Of a stretch of 64,000 nt of DNA, positions 62,956 to 64,000 are shown one piece after another. The DNA lies in contig CBDBCZ010000019.1 in assembly GCA_965203295.1 (NCBI GenBank), forward strand, positions 2,528,001 to 2,592,000, given 5' to 3'. How positions within the stretch are numbered: position 1 is the stretch's first letter; each line of letters begins with the position of its first letter. Made by a program: the position numbers and the translations under genes. The notes below the pieces were generated by a model. The model was not told the origin of the DNA, searched no databases, and worked only from the letters and a program-made list of their open reading frames with translations. Source of the DNA: Nitrospirales bacterium. Lineage in GTDB: Bacteria > Nitrospirota > Nitrospiria > Nitrospirales > UBA8639.

Positions 62956-63942
62956 TTGAAAGCATTGGTGACAGGGGCAACGGGTTTTATTGGATCGGCA
63001 GTGGTCCGCGCTCTTGTGGCTTCGGGTATTCACGTGCGGGTCCTTGTCAGACCCCAAAGTGATCTTCGCAATCTGGAGCAATTGAAGGTTGAGTATGCAA
63101 CGGGAGATCTTCTTGATTCACAATCTCTCCTCCCAGCACTGAATGGGTGTGAACATCTGTACCACGTGGGTGCCCACTACGCTCTGTGGGACCGCAACCC
63201 CTCTATTTTCTATGCCATCAACGTGGAAGGGACTAAAAGATTGCTGGAAAAAGCCCAAGAAGCGGGTATGCAGCGCATTGTGTATACCAGTACTATTGGG
63301 GCCATTGGCCTACCCGAAGATGGCGGTTTGGGCACTGAAGAGACACCCATATCCACCGCCCAAATGGCCGGCCATTATAAACGTTCGAAATATCTGGCCG
63401 AACAGGAAGTTCTAAAATTCGCACAGTCTGGGTTACCTGTGGTGATTGTGAATCCATCTGCTCCAGTGGGGGAATACGACATAAAACCAACCCCCACTGG
63501 CCAAATTATCGTCGACTTTATGAAAGGACACATGTGGGCTTTTTTAGAAACCGGGATGAATATTATCGATGTTGAAGATGTTGCCATTGGACATCTTCAG
63601 GCGATGGAACGAGGAAAAATTGGAGAACGTTATATTCTTGGGAATCGGAATGTCACGCTCCAAGAGCTCTTTCAGACCTTGAGTCGAATGATTGGGGTCA
63701 AAGAGCCCACGATCAAAATACCTCGAAAGATTGTGCTCCCCCTGGCCCACTTGAATAAATGGATGGCTGATTTAGTGACACATCGCCCGCCACAAATTCC
63801 TTTGGAAGGGGTCCGAATGGCCAAATACTGCATGCATTATGATTGTTCCAAAGCTGTTCAGGAATTGGGATTACCCCAGACACCAATCGAAATTCCTTTG
63901 GCAAAAGCCGTGCATTGGTTCCAAACCCATGGTTATGCCTAG
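62956..63942 (+). CDS. hpnA: Hopanoid-associated NAD-dependent epimerase/dehydratase
   Basis: TGATGFIG, HYKRSK, NPSAPVG..DIKPTPTG. Confidence 0.85.
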   Translation: MKALVTGATGFIGSAVVRALVASGIHVRVLVRPQSDLRNLEQLKVEYATGDLLDSQSLLPALNGCEHLYHVGAHYALWDRNPSIFYAINVEGTKRLLEKAQEAGMQRIVYTSTIGAIGLPEDGGLGTEETPISTAQMAGHYKRSKYLAEQEVLKFAQSGLPVVIVNPSAPVGEYDIKPTPTGQIIVDFMKGHMWAFLETGMNIIDVEDVAIGHLQAMERGKIGERYILGNRNVTLQELFQTLSRMIGVKEPTIKIPRKIVLPLAHLNKWMADLVTHRPPQIPLEGVRMAKYCMHYDCSKAVQELGLPQTPIEIPLAKAVHWFQTHGYA

Positions 63943-64000
63943 TCCGACATGATTCAATGGGGTCTCGGCTCTGATGTCATGTTGACACTCCCGTAGGAAT

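Overview
64 kb of mostly core chromosome from a bacterium whose gene set and protein sequences look like Nitrospirota/Nitrospirales; this assignment is from recognition, not a search. Housekeeping genes include gcvP, HU, transaldolase, pgl, panC, folK, dapL, nadB, pabB/pabC-like, the F0 half of ATP synthase, larE, rlmN, lipB, ruvB, uvrA, ispA and hpnA. Arsenosugar-associated genes are split over two loci, and there is a ubiE + B12-radical SAM pair. Mobile DNA comprises one complete IS1595-family (IS1016-type) element with 8-bp target duplication and two nested palindromic MITE-like elements. Main signals: (1) an AT-rich locus with a coiled-coil + winged-helix (Rok/H-NS-like architecture) gene followed by two unannotated basic micro-ORFs, one histone-H1-like (29 aa); (2) a stand-alone protein with PHD-finger C4HC3 spacing; (3) genome erosion: six broken accessory genes plus a broken transposase, short perfect tandem duplications (4, 7, 9, 9, 16, 22 bp), and Gly>Arg changes in conserved motifs; (4) a 16-bp duplication that rebuilds a sigma70 promoter; (5) small genes missed by the ORF track, including a bS22-like ribosomal protein. 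No rRNA, tRNA or CRISPR array was seen.
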